This document shows positions 18,543-26,774 of a DNA stretch of 44,473 nt, piece by piece. Under the pieces are notes generated by a model. That model had not been told where the DNA came from. It made no database searches and saw only the letters and a program-made list of their open reading frames with translations. The stretch's first letter is position 1. Each line of letters starts with the position of its first letter. Made by a program: the position numbers and the translations under genes. The stretch is taken from the NCBI GenBank assembly GCA_046091085.1, contig JBJTAZ010000196.1:1-44473 (forward strand), written 5' to 3'. This stretch comes from Nitrospiraceae bacterium (lineage in GTDB: Bacteria > Nitrospirota > Nitrospiria > Nitrospirales > Nitrospiraceae).

Positions 18543-19832
18543 ATGCCGGAAGTCTATAACTGGCAACTGGGACGCAAGATGCTGTATCCCTACGAGGAGC
18601 GGCATCCGAAGTGGCAGTTCGCCTTCGTGTTCAACATCAACCGGTGCTTGGCGTGCCAGACCTGTTCCATGGCCGACAAGTCCACCTGGCTCTTCAGCAA
18701 GGGCCAGGAGTACATGTGGTGGAACAACGTGGAGACCAAGCCCTACGGCGGGTATCCCCAGTTCTACGACGTGAAGGTCACGCAGTTGATCGAGCAAGTG
18801 AACCCGGGCGGGCAGGTGTGGAACGTGCGGGTTGGCCGCAAGCACCATGCCCCGTACGGGGTGTTTGAAGGGATGACCATTTTCGACGCCGGCGCCAAGA
18901 TCGGCCAGGCGGCGATCGGGTACATCCCCACGGACCAGGAGTGGCGGTTCGTGAACATCTACGAGGACACGGCGACCTCGATGCGCGCCATCGTGGAAGG
19001 CATCGACAAGACCGGGTTCTCGCGGGATGAACCGTGGAAGTTGCAGGGCAGCAGCCTGCCGGAGCATGAGACGTTCTTCTTCTATCTCCAGCGGATCTGC
19101 AACCACTGCACCTATCCGGGCTGTCTGGCCGCCTGTCCCCGCAAGGCCATCTACAAGCGGCCGGAGGACGGGATTGTGCTGATCGACCAGAACCGGTGCC
19201 GCGGGTACAAGAAGTGCGTCGAGCAGTGCCCGTTCAAGAAGCCGATGTATCGCGGCACGACCCGCGTCAGCGAGAAGTGCATCGCGTGCTATCCGCGCAT
19301 CGAGGGCAAGGACCCGCTGACCGGCGGCGAGCCCATGGAGACGCGGTGTATGTCGGCCTGCGTGGGCAAGATCCGCATGCAGTCGCTGGTGCGGATCGGC
19401 GAGGACGGCCTCTGGGCCGAGGATCGCTGGCACCCCCTGTACTTCGCCATCCGGGTGGAGCAGGTGGCGCTGCCGCTGTACCCGCAGTGGGGCACCGAGC
19501 CCAACGGGTACTACATTCCGCCGCGGTGGGCGCCGCGCGGCTACGCCAGGCAGATGTTCGGGCCGGGCGTGGACAATGCGATCGAGAAGTTCCTCGTCCC
19601 GAGCCGGGAGCTGTTGGCGGTGTTCCAGCTGTGGCGCGCCAGCCAGCAGATCATCTTCCGGTACGACGTGATCCCGGGCCCGAAGGTGTTTGAAACCCAG
19701 ATCCACGGGAAGCGGTTCGAGATGTACAACGATACCGTGCTGGGCTTCAACAAGTCGGGCAAGGAGGTCGCCCGTATCCAGGTCGAAGAGCCGATCTACA
19801 TTCGGCCGGCCGAACGCGTGAACTGGCTGTAA
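18543..19832 (+). CDS. nxrB: Nitrite oxidoreductase beta subunit (Fe-S)
   Basis: Four Cys-cluster motifs: CLACQTCSMAD, CNHCTYPGCLAACP, CRGYKKCVEQCP and CIACYPR. RBS GGAGGAG upstream. About 429 aa, as in NarH-like subunits. Confidence 0.93.
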   Translation: MPEVYNWQLGRKMLYPYEERHPKWQFAFVFNINRCLACQTCSMADKSTWLFSKGQEYMWWNNVETKPYGGYPQFYDVKVTQLIEQVNPGGQVWNVRVGRKHHAPYGVFEGMTIFDAGAKIGQAAIGYIPTDQEWRFVNIYEDTATSMRAIVEGIDKTGFSRDEPWKLQGSSLPEHETFFFYLQRICNHCTYPGCLAACPRKAIYKRPEDGIVLIDQNRCRGYKKCVEQCPFKKPMYRGTTRVSEKCIACYPRIEGKDPLTGGEPMETRCMSACVGKIRMQSLVRIGEDGLWAEDRWHPLYFAIRVEQVALPLYPQWGTEPNGYYIPPRWAPRGYARQMFGPGVDNAIEKFLVPSRELLAVFQLWRASQQIIFRYDVIPGPKVFETQIHGKRFEMYNDTVLGFNKSGKEVARIQVEEPIYIRPAERVNWL

Positions 19833-19860
19833 TCCTACGCCGGTTCGTCAGCAGTCGGGG

Positions 19861-19906
19861 AGGGCAGGGAGTTCCACAAGGGCTCCCTGCCCTTCTCATT
19901 TATATA
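19861..19906 (+). terminator. Intrinsic terminator after nxrB
   Basis: Perfect 11-bp stem AGGGCAGGGAG (19861-19871) / CTCCCTGCCCT (19883-19893) with an 11-nt loop, followed by TCTCATTTATATA. Confidence 0.6.
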
Positions 19907-20048
19907 CGGTGGCCTCGCGCGGTGCACCACGCATGCAGAAACGCCCAGGATCACACAGAACCGCAGGCGGGAAAACTTGACGGCACGAGCCGGCCTTGGG
20001 TAGAGTGGAGCGGTCTGCGGTCGCCCTCACACCCCTGCGGAGCAATGG

Positions 20049-20378
20049 ATGGACAGCTCGTCTCCGGCCTCGGTCCCCTTTGCCGCCCAAGCCGTGCCCT
20101 TTCACACGTTCTTGCAATCGGGCAAGATTCCTGACGGGTTTCTTTCCAGCGACTATGTCGCGCAGCAATTCGTCGAACGCTTGGTGCATTACGTCTTGAG
20201 CGTCCCGTCCGGCAGTTACACCATGGCCCAACTGGGCCAACTGCTTGAGCAGTTGGACCCCCGTCACCAAGTGTTCTTCTTCAAACGCCTCAAAGAAACG
20301 AGCCCGGAAAGCCTGAAGGATTTTGCGCCGCTCTACTACGGCTTCATGGCCGAGTTCAACTCACTGCTGTTTACCTGA
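20049..20378 (+). CDS. Hypothetical protein (109 aa)
   Basis: Protein-like composition and good third-position G+C. The competing antisense ORF 19896..20270 is Arg/Gly-rich. No recognisable domain. Confidence 0.5.
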   Translation: MDSSSPASVPFAAQAVPFHTFLQSGKIPDGFLSSDYVAQQFVERLVHYVLSVPSGSYTMAQLGQLLEQLDPRHQVFFFKRLKETSPESLKDFAPLYYGFMAEFNSLLFT

Positions 20379-20395
20379 GACCAGAAAAAAACCCC

Positions 20396-20423
20396 TTGTC
20401 GGACCCACGGCCTCATGTATAAT
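20396..20423 (+). promoter_or_regulatory. Candidate sigma70 promoter
   Basis: TTGTCG (20396-20401), a 16-nt spacer, then TATAAT (20418-20423), about 38 nt upstream of ATG 20461. Confidence 0.45.
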
Positions 20424-20460
20424 GAACCGTTACTGTCATCTTTACTTCCACGGGGGCACA

Positions 20461-20835
20461 ATGAATTCGACCTTACAACGCGCCGTCACGAGCTTTTACA
20501 ACCTGGTCTACGAAGCACAGACCTTCGCGACCACCATGGCCCGATTGGACTCGGCCGACCAAGAGCACTATGCCGGGAGAATCGAAGGCCTCAACTGGGT
20601 TCTGGACCGTTGCCAGGAACTGGAAGACATGGACGAGAACCTGACGCCAGCCTCGTTACAACGGGTGCTCGGCGACGTGAAATCCGACCTGGACCACGAA
20701 CTCTCCGTGCAACGCCGGGAGAAGGGGCGACGGGCGGACGGGCGGGAAGAAGCGCTGAATTTCGTCTCCGATTACCTCGCCAGCCTTATTACGGCCACCG
20801 AGATTGAGTCAGCCAAGAGTTCCAGTTCCGTCTAG
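20461..20835 (+). CDS. Hypothetical acidic, probably helical protein (124 aa)
   Basis: ATG 20461 follows a GGGGG RBS-like tract. The sequence is rich in E/D/L/R. No recognisable family. Confidence 0.55.
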   Translation: MNSTLQRAVTSFYNLVYEAQTFATTMARLDSADQEHYAGRIEGLNWVLDRCQELEDMDENLTPASLQRVLGDVKSDLDHELSVQRREKGRRADGREEALNFVSDYLASLITATEIESAKSSSSV

Positions 20836-20897
20836 CCTCGAAACCGGCGCGACCAAGGCGACATCCCCGCCGTTGCCGCACCCTTGGACCAGCAGCC

Positions 20898-21110
20898 ATG
20901 GCTCGTGAATGGATTATTTTCGCCATCTGCTTGGGACTGGGGGGCCATATCGCGTTGGGGCTGATCCTCCATGCGCCTGATTTGTGGTCCTGGCAACATG
21001 CCGGCCTGCGCGGACTCCTGATCAGCCTCGGCGTCTATGTCGCGGTGCAGGTGGTCCGCTCCCTCTGGTGGGTCAGGAAAGGTCGCAGCAAGGCCGGCCT
21101 CTCCGCTTGA
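20898..21110 (+). CDS. Small two-TM membrane protein (70 aa)
   Basis: Two hydrophobic spans (WIIFAICLGLGGHIALGLIL and LLISLGVYVAVQVV) followed by a basic tail. Confidence 0.5.
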   Translation: MAREWIIFAICLGLGGHIALGLILHAPDLWSWQHAGLRGLLISLGVYVAVQVVRSLWWVRKGRSKAGLSA

Positions 21111-21142
21111 TCCCCTCCATTCTGTTTCGTTAGAATTCCTCT

Positions 21143-21451
21143 ATGCGACCACCGACACCCAAAGGTCCTGGACAAGGAGCCTGGCCTCCGTTACGGCCAA
21201 GGCCTGGAGCACCCCAGGCCGGCGCGCCTCCGCGCACGCGCAGGGCCCAAGTCGAACCGCAGCAATACGAGTCGCTGCGAGCCTCCCTGCTGTTTTGCCC
21301 CAAGTGCCGGTGCGCCACTCCCACGCGCGAGCGGCTGCTGCTGGTCTTGCCGACCGGCAACCTGTACGAATACCTGTGCATGGAGTGCGGAACGTCGACC
21401 GGGTCAAAAACGGAGCAGGATCAGTCCGGCCCACGGTTGTTCAGACCGTAA
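21143..21451 (+). CDS. Zinc-ribbon protein with a Pro/Arg-rich N-terminus (102 aa)
   Basis: CPKC-x22-CMEC arrangement. There is no clear RBS, and third-position G+C is low in the first ~30 codons, so the start is uncertain. Confidence 0.4.
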   Translation: MRPPTPKGPGQGAWPPLRPRPGAPQAGAPPRTRRAQVEPQQYESLRASLLFCPKCRCATPTRERLLLVLPTGNLYEYLCMECGTSTGSKTEQDQSGPRLFRP

Positions 21452-21524
21452 GAGCGAGGGGCTTCCGCGCAGCAATTGAGAATGCACACCCGACGGGCTT
21501 CAGGCAGGTAGGCGCGGAGCAGCG

Positions 21525-21812
21525 TCAGGCAAGGCCTTCGACCGGAATGCCTTCTTCGATCAACATCACCGGAATATCTTCCCTGATCGGGTAGAGAATC
21601 TTCTTGTCGGCCCGGAGCAACCCGCCGTCCAGTTTCTCCCGGACCGTCTGGCCGACCTTGTTCGTGACCTCACTCTTCTCGATGCGGGCATTGAGCGAAG
21701 CAATGAGGCCATCGGCAGCCAAGGCCACATCCTGCTTCGTGTCTGGACAGCAGAGAATGGCCAGCAATTCCTTATCCACGTTCACCTTTTTGGAAGTTTC
21801 TTGCGTCGTCAT
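21525..21812 (-). CDS. Trm112/UPF0434 (YcaR-like) family protein
   Basis: LLAILCCPDTK ... YPIREDIPVMLIEE pattern. ATG 21812 is preceded by GGGGGGAG. Confidence 0.8.
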   Translation of the reverse strand: MTTQETSKKVNVDKELLAILCCPDTKQDVALAADGLIASLNARIEKSEVTNKVGQTVREKLDGGLLRADKKILYPIREDIPVMLIEEGIPVEGLA

Positions 21813-22006
21813 GCTCCCCCCTCGACCGACTGGCGATAGAAAGCGCCGAACCAAACTGTGGCCCCAACAGACCTGTAGGGTAGAGGATTCCTTCCTCAAG
21901 ATCAAGCAGGAAACTCCCTCCCCTGCGCGATGGAGCAACAAGGTCCGCGAATCTGGTATACTAACAAAACAACGCGCCCGAAGAGACTCAGCCTGGGGAC
22001 AGTCCG

Positions 22007-22636
22007 ATGCCCGGAACGTTGCAACTCAAGCGCTATTTTCTCACCGGCCTCCTGATTCTGGTACCGGCGTCCGGCACCTATCTGATTTTACGCACGCTCT
22101 TCCAGACGATTGACGGATTGATCGCCGCGTTGCTGGGCCCCGCCGCCAAGTTCGACATGCCGGGCCTGGGGTTGGTCTCTTTCCTCGGCCTAATCCTCCT
22201 GACCGGCCTGGTCGCCACCCATTTCCTCGGCGCACGGCTGGTCCGCCTGGCCGACGCCAAGATTCAAGACATCCCGCTCGTGCGCAGCGTCGACCTGACG
22301 CTCAAGGGCATGACCGATCTGTTCAATTTCCGCACACGCTTCAGCCGCAGCACCGTCGTGGCGTTTCCCTTTCCACGGGACGGGCTCTGGGCCTTGGGAT
22401 TCGTGATGGGCGAGGCGCCGGCAGCGATCCAAGTGATCCCGCTCACCCACTTGCTGATGATCTTCGTGCCCACCGCGATCCATCCCTTCACCGGATATTT
22501 GGCCTTCGTCCCCAGTGGCCAGGCCGTGCCGATCAATTTGCCTCCTGAAGAGGCCATGAAGCTCGAGTTTTCCGCCGGCCTCTACCGGCCCAAGCCCGGC
22601 TGGCTCAGCCGGGCAAGCCAGCCGGTACTCGAGTGA
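22007..22636 (+). CDS. DUF502 family membrane protein
   Basis: LKRYFLTGLLILVP, IPLVRSV and FVPTAIHPFTGYLAFVP match my recollection of DUF502 architecture. Confidence 0.8.
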   Translation: MPGTLQLKRYFLTGLLILVPASGTYLILRTLFQTIDGLIAALLGPAAKFDMPGLGLVSFLGLILLTGLVATHFLGARLVRLADAKIQDIPLVRSVDLTLKGMTDLFNFRTRFSRSTVVAFPFPRDGLWALGFVMGEAPAAIQVIPLTHLLMIFVPTAIHPFTGYLAFVPSGQAVPINLPPEEAMKLEFSAGLYRPKPGWLSRASQPVLE

Positions 22637-23184
22637 CCCGACAAAAGCGAGTGACGATGACCGCTTCACTCCGTGACGAACAGCTCCTGATCCGTCCAGC
22701 CCACGTCGGCGATTTGGACCGGCTCGTCGACTTCAGCCTGGCCATGGCGCAGGAAACCGAAGGCCGGCAATTGGACAGAGTCAGGCTCCGCCAAGGCACT
22801 CAAGCCATCTTCGACGAACCGGCCAGAGGCTTCTACCTGGTGGCCGAGGTCAAAAACCAGCCTCATCAGATCGTCGTCGGCCAGCTGATGATCACCTTCG
22901 AATGGAGCGACTGGCGTAACGCGACGTTCTGGTGGATTCAGAGCGTCTACGTCCATCCGGACTGGCGCCGACGGGGCATCTACCGAGCCATGCACCGCCA
23001 CTTGCTCCAAGAAGCCAAGAACCGAAAGGACGTCTGCGGCCTGCGGTTGTACGTGGAAAAGGACAATCGGGAGGCGCAGACCGTGTATCATCGGGTGGGC
23101 TTGTCCCCGTCGGCCTATCAAGTCTTTGAAGAGGATTTTGTACTGGCCAAGCAGGCCAAGCTGAGTCAATCATCAACCGGATGA
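22633..23184 (+). CDS. GNAT family N-acetyltransferase
   Basis: Acetyl-CoA motif region VYVHPDWRRRGIYRAM. The GTG start overlaps the upstream stop (GTGA); the alternative start is ATG 22657. Confidence 0.85.
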   Translation: MTRQKRVTMTASLRDEQLLIRPAHVGDLDRLVDFSLAMAQETEGRQLDRVRLRQGTQAIFDEPARGFYLVAEVKNQPHQIVVGQLMITFEWSDWRNATFWWIQSVYVHPDWRRRGIYRAMHRHLLQEAKNRKDVCGLRLYVEKDNREAQTVYHRVGLSPSAYQVFEEDFVLAKQAKLSQSSTG

Positions 23185-23205
23185 ACTGACAGGAGGGAAG
23201 GGGCG

Positions 23206-23619
23206 ATGAGAGGACTGAGAGGAATAGAAGCCATCAAACCGGGGAGAGTGGCCGGCCTCGTCATCCTGTGCCTGGCGATCCTGAGCGGCTGTTCCTTCAA
23301 CCGAGGCACAATCGGGGACGAACTCAAGCCCGACGATGTCTCGACGATCAAAAAAGGCGTGAGCACGCGAGGGGATATCGTGGCGAAGCTTGGCGCACCG
23401 GATCGCATCGTGCAAGCCAACGGGCATGAGATCTTCCAGTACTACCGCTACGATATCAAAGCAAAAGGACTCTTCCTGATTCTCTTGAATTTATCCCGAG
23501 TCAACATCAAGAGCGACGACCTCTACATCCTCCTCAATAAGGACGGGATTGTGGATGAAGTGGTCTTCGGCAAACGGACGGACCGGTTGGAGTTTCAGTT
23601 CTGGCCCTTCGACGATTGA
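23206..23619 (+). CDS. Lipoprotein with a BamE/SmpA_OmlA-like segment (paralog 1)
   Basis: Lipobox LSGC, the segment IKKGVSTRGDIVAKLGAPD, and a C-terminus FQFWPFDD. Confidence 0.7.
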   Translation: MRGLRGIEAIKPGRVAGLVILCLAILSGCSFNRGTIGDELKPDDVSTIKKGVSTRGDIVAKLGAPDRIVQANGHEIFQYYRYDIKAKGLFLILLNLSRVNIKSDDLYILLNKDGIVDEVVFGKRTDRLEFQFWPFDD

Positions 23620-23626
23620 GGTAGCC

Positions 23627-24061
23627 ATGACCCGAAAACCATCTTGCATGGCTCTGGTGGCCTTCATCATGTGGCTCCCGCTTTCGGGCTGCGGCTTTGC
23701 CAGCTTCAGTAGGCTTTCCTTCAACGATCCCATTAAACCGGAGGAGGTGGCCTTCATCCAGCCGGGACAGACCACCCTGTCCCAAATCGTGGCCAAACTG
23801 GGAACACCCGACGAGATGACACCGCTGGGCGAGAAGGATGGCGCCGTCGCCTCCTACCATTTCCTCGACGCCAAGTACGCCCGAATCAACTACGGATGGC
23901 CGCTCAAATTCATATCGCCGGTGTCGCCGGAAATGATCATGGCCGGTGGCGGCCTGGGGACCGACGTATTTCAGATCGTCTTCGATGCCAACTGGGTAGC
24001 GCGACAGTATGCCTTTGCAAAACATGTGCATGCCAATCGTTATAAATTGTGGCCTTTTTGA
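23627..24061 (+). CDS. Lipoprotein with a BamE/SmpA_OmlA-like segment (paralog 2)
   Basis: Lipobox LSGC, the segment IQPGQTTLSQIVAKLGTPD, and a C-terminus YKLWPF. It lies 7 nt after paralog 1. Confidence 0.7.
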   Translation: MTRKPSCMALVAFIMWLPLSGCGFASFSRLSFNDPIKPEEVAFIQPGQTTLSQIVAKLGTPDEMTPLGEKDGAVASYHFLDAKYARINYGWPLKFISPVSPEMIMAGGGLGTDVFQIVFDANWVARQYAFAKHVHANRYKLWPF

Positions 24062-24113
24062 ACTGGGCCGGCGTTGTCCCTTCCGGAGCACCCCGCTATA
24101 ATGGCCGCTTATT

Positions 24114-25004
24114 ATGGGTAAGCCCAACTCAAAGGAAGAGAAGCTCCTCGAAGCGCTCCTGCAATCCCCCTCCTACCGACGAGCCGACAAGGACCAGGAC
24201 TTTCTCGGCCGTGATGAGCTGCGGCCGGTGCGCCTGCAGCTCGAACTGCTCAAGCCTGAGCTGATCCAGCAGGACGAAGGCATCCGTTCCACCGTAGTGG
24301 TCTTCGGCAGCGCGCGCCTCTGCGAGCCGGCCGACGCGCAGCGCCGCCTGATACAGGCGGAAGAAGTGCTCCGTCAACAGCCGAACGATGCAGATCGTCG
24401 GCGCGCGGTCGCCGTTGCACACCACCAGCTCGCCCTGTCGAAATACTACGATGAAGCCAGGGAATTCGGCCGCGTGGTCTCCGCCACCTGCCAGCTGAAC
24501 GGCCAATGCGAGTTCGTGGTGGTGACGGGCGGGGGGCCCGGCATCATGGAGGCGGCCAACCGAGGCGCCGCCGACGTGGGCGCCAAGTCCATGGGCCTGA
24601 ACATCACACTCCCGCACGAACAACGGCCCAATCCCTATATCACACCGGCTCTCTGCTTTCAGTTCCGCTACTTCGCCTTGCGCAATATGCATTTTCTCCT
24701 GCGGGCCAAGGCGCTGGTCGCCTTTCCCGGCGGCTTCGGCACCATGGACGAACTCTTCGAGGCGCTGACGCTGTTGCAGACTGGGACGGTGCGCGGGATC
24801 ACCGTGGTCCTAGTCGGCCGTGCGTTCTGGGAGCGACTGATCAACTGGCCCATGCTGGTCGAAGAGGGACTGATCAGCCCGGAGGATCTCCATCTGATCC
24901 ATTATGCGGAGACGGCCCAGGAGACCTGGGACATCATCGCCAACACCCAGCAAGTCTCCCCGCGTCAGCCGCCTTCGGCCAATCCTCTCCCGCCACATCC
25001 ATGA
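24114..25004 (+). CDS. LOG / TIGR00730-family nucleotide-binding protein
   Basis: GGGPGIMEAANRGA and PGGFGTMDELFE motifs. Confidence 0.85.
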   Translation: MGKPNSKEEKLLEALLQSPSYRRADKDQDFLGRDELRPVRLQLELLKPELIQQDEGIRSTVVVFGSARLCEPADAQRRLIQAEEVLRQQPNDADRRRAVAVAHHQLALSKYYDEAREFGRVVSATCQLNGQCEFVVVTGGGPGIMEAANRGAADVGAKSMGLNITLPHEQRPNPYITPALCFQFRYFALRNMHFLLRAKALVAFPGGFGTMDELFEALTLLQTGTVRGITVVLVGRAFWERLINWPMLVEEGLISPEDLHLIHYAETAQETWDIIANTQQVSPRQPPSANPLPPHP

Positions 25005-26398
25005 AGATTGCCTTCCACGGAGCCGCCAGATCCGTCACCGGCAGTCGGCACCTCATCCAGGCCGGAGGCAGCAACATCCTGCTTGACTGCGGGCTCTTCC
25101 AGGGCCGCCGCCAGGAAGCCGATCGCCAGAACCGGAACTTGGGGTTCGACCCGAAATCGGTGAACACGGTCCTCCTCTCCCATGCCCATATCGACCATTC
25201 CGGCGCCCTGCCGGCCCTGGCCAAGTACGGATTTTCCGGCAAGGTCCATGGGACCAACGCCACCGGAGACTTGACGGAAATGATGCTGGCCGACTCGGCC
25301 CATCTTCAGGAAAGCGACTGCACTTACGTCAACAAGAAAGAGCGGCGGAAAGGCAAGGCCTGTCGCCGCCCATTCTACGATTCCGACGACGTGCGCGACG
25401 TGGTGCGCCGCTTTGTGGGCGCCCGCTACGGCGAGGTCGTCCAGATCTGGCCGCGTTTCAAAGCTTCGTTCCATGACGCAGGGCATATCCTGGGGTCCGC
25501 AGCGGTCCGCCTCATGGCCACGGCCGGCGGGACGACCAAAACCATCCTCTTTACCGGAGACTTGGGACGGGCGCAGATGCCGATCTTGCGCGATCCGGAG
25601 CCGCCGCCGCCCTGCGATGTCCTGATCATCGAATCCACCTATGGAGACCGGCTTCACGAAGAGACCAAAGACGCCGCCAAGGCCAAGGCCCAGGCGCTGG
25701 TGGCCCACGCGGTGGCTCATCGGAGCAAGATCATCGTGCCGGCCTTCGCGGTCGGGCGGACGCAGGACATCGTCATGTGGCTCAAAGACCTGGTGAACGA
25801 AGGGCGGATCGAGCCGCTGCCGATTTACATCGACTCTCCCATGGCCTTGCGGGCCACCGAGGTCTTCCGCCGGCATCCGGAGTGCTACGACGAGGAGACC
25901 TACCGGATCCTCACGGCGGAAGGCGATCCCTTTGTCGCCCGTTATATTCACTATGTCTCCTCCGTCCAGGAAAGCCAGAAGCTGAACTCGATCAAAGGGC
26001 CGTGCGTGATCATCTCTGCTTCCGGCATGTGTGAAGGCGGACGCATCGTCCATCACCTCAAACATGCGATCCAGGACGAGGCCAACGTCATCGCGATCGT
26101 CGGATTCCAAGCGGAACACACGTTGGGCCGCAAGCTCGTGGAAGGCTGGGAGACGGTCCCGATTTTCGGCGTGCCGACACCCAGACGCGCGCAAGTCGTT
26201 CGGTTCAACGGGCTCTCCGCCCACGCGGATCGTAACGACCTGCTGGCTTACGTCCGGGCGATTACGCCCCTGCCGGGGAAGATCTTCGTCGTCCATGGAG
26301 AAGAGCGACAGTCCTTCTCTCTGGCCGCCGCGATTCAAGCCGAACATCCCGGCATCGACGTGACGGTGCCCGAGCCGGACTCCATCCATGAACTCTGA
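25001..26398 (+). CDS. MBL-fold beta-CASP family hydrolase (putative RNA-metabolising nuclease)
   Basis: HAHIDHSG (HxHxDH), ESTYGDR and GLSAHAD blocks. The ATG overlaps the LOG gene stop (ATGA). Confidence 0.88.
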   Translation: MKIAFHGAARSVTGSRHLIQAGGSNILLDCGLFQGRRQEADRQNRNLGFDPKSVNTVLLSHAHIDHSGALPALAKYGFSGKVHGTNATGDLTEMMLADSAHLQESDCTYVNKKERRKGKACRRPFYDSDDVRDVVRRFVGARYGEVVQIWPRFKASFHDAGHILGSAAVRLMATAGGTTKTILFTGDLGRAQMPILRDPEPPPPCDVLIIESTYGDRLHEETKDAAKAKAQALVAHAVAHRSKIIVPAFAVGRTQDIVMWLKDLVNEGRIEPLPIYIDSPMALRATEVFRRHPECYDEETYRILTAEGDPFVARYIHYVSSVQESQKLNSIKGPCVIISASGMCEGGRIVHHLKHAIQDEANVIAIVGFQAEHTLGRKLVEGWETVPIFGVPTPRRAQVVRFNGLSAHADRNDLLAYVRAITPLPGKIFVVHGEERQSFSLAAAIQAEHPGIDVTVPEPDSIHEL

Positions 26399-26407
26399 GG
26401 CTGCGCC

Positions 26408-26755
26408 ATGAGCCGAGAGAAGCCCAGCTGGCTCATCGCCACAGGCCAAGCCTGGAAACTCTACGTCACCGTGTCCGGTTTCAGCGGGGCGCTCGGCCTT
26501 CTGACGCTGGCCTTCTTCTCGCTGACGTCCGGCGGAGGCCAGTTCATGGCCTTCGCCGCTTGCGGGCTCTTTCTGGGCGCAGCCACATTCGTCTGGTTTA
26601 CCTCGGCGATCCGCTGCCCCCATTGTTCGGCCAAGCTGGTCTGGACCATGGTGGCCAGCCGGCCGCACAGCTCCTGGGTCATCGACCTGGCCGCGCTCGA
26701 ACATTGTCCGGTCTGCAAAACGAGGCTGGATCTTGTCGTCACGCGCAAAGACTGA
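26408..26755 (+). CDS. Membrane protein with a C-terminal zinc ribbon (115 aa)
   Basis: Two hydrophobic spans followed by CPHC-x27-CPVC. It starts 9 nt after the beta-CASP gene. Confidence 0.55.
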   Translation: MSREKPSWLIATGQAWKLYVTVSGFSGALGLLTLAFFSLTSGGGQFMAFAACGLFLGAATFVWFTSAIRCPHCSAKLVWTMVASRPHSSWVIDLAALEHCPVCKTRLDLVVTRKD

Positions 26756-26774
26756 ACGAGTAGGGGAAACGACC

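Noticed and set aside
19896-20270. 124-aa minus-strand ORF
   Set aside because: It is antisense to the more protein-like plus-strand ORF 20049..20378, is Arg/Gly-rich, and runs into the nxrB terminator.
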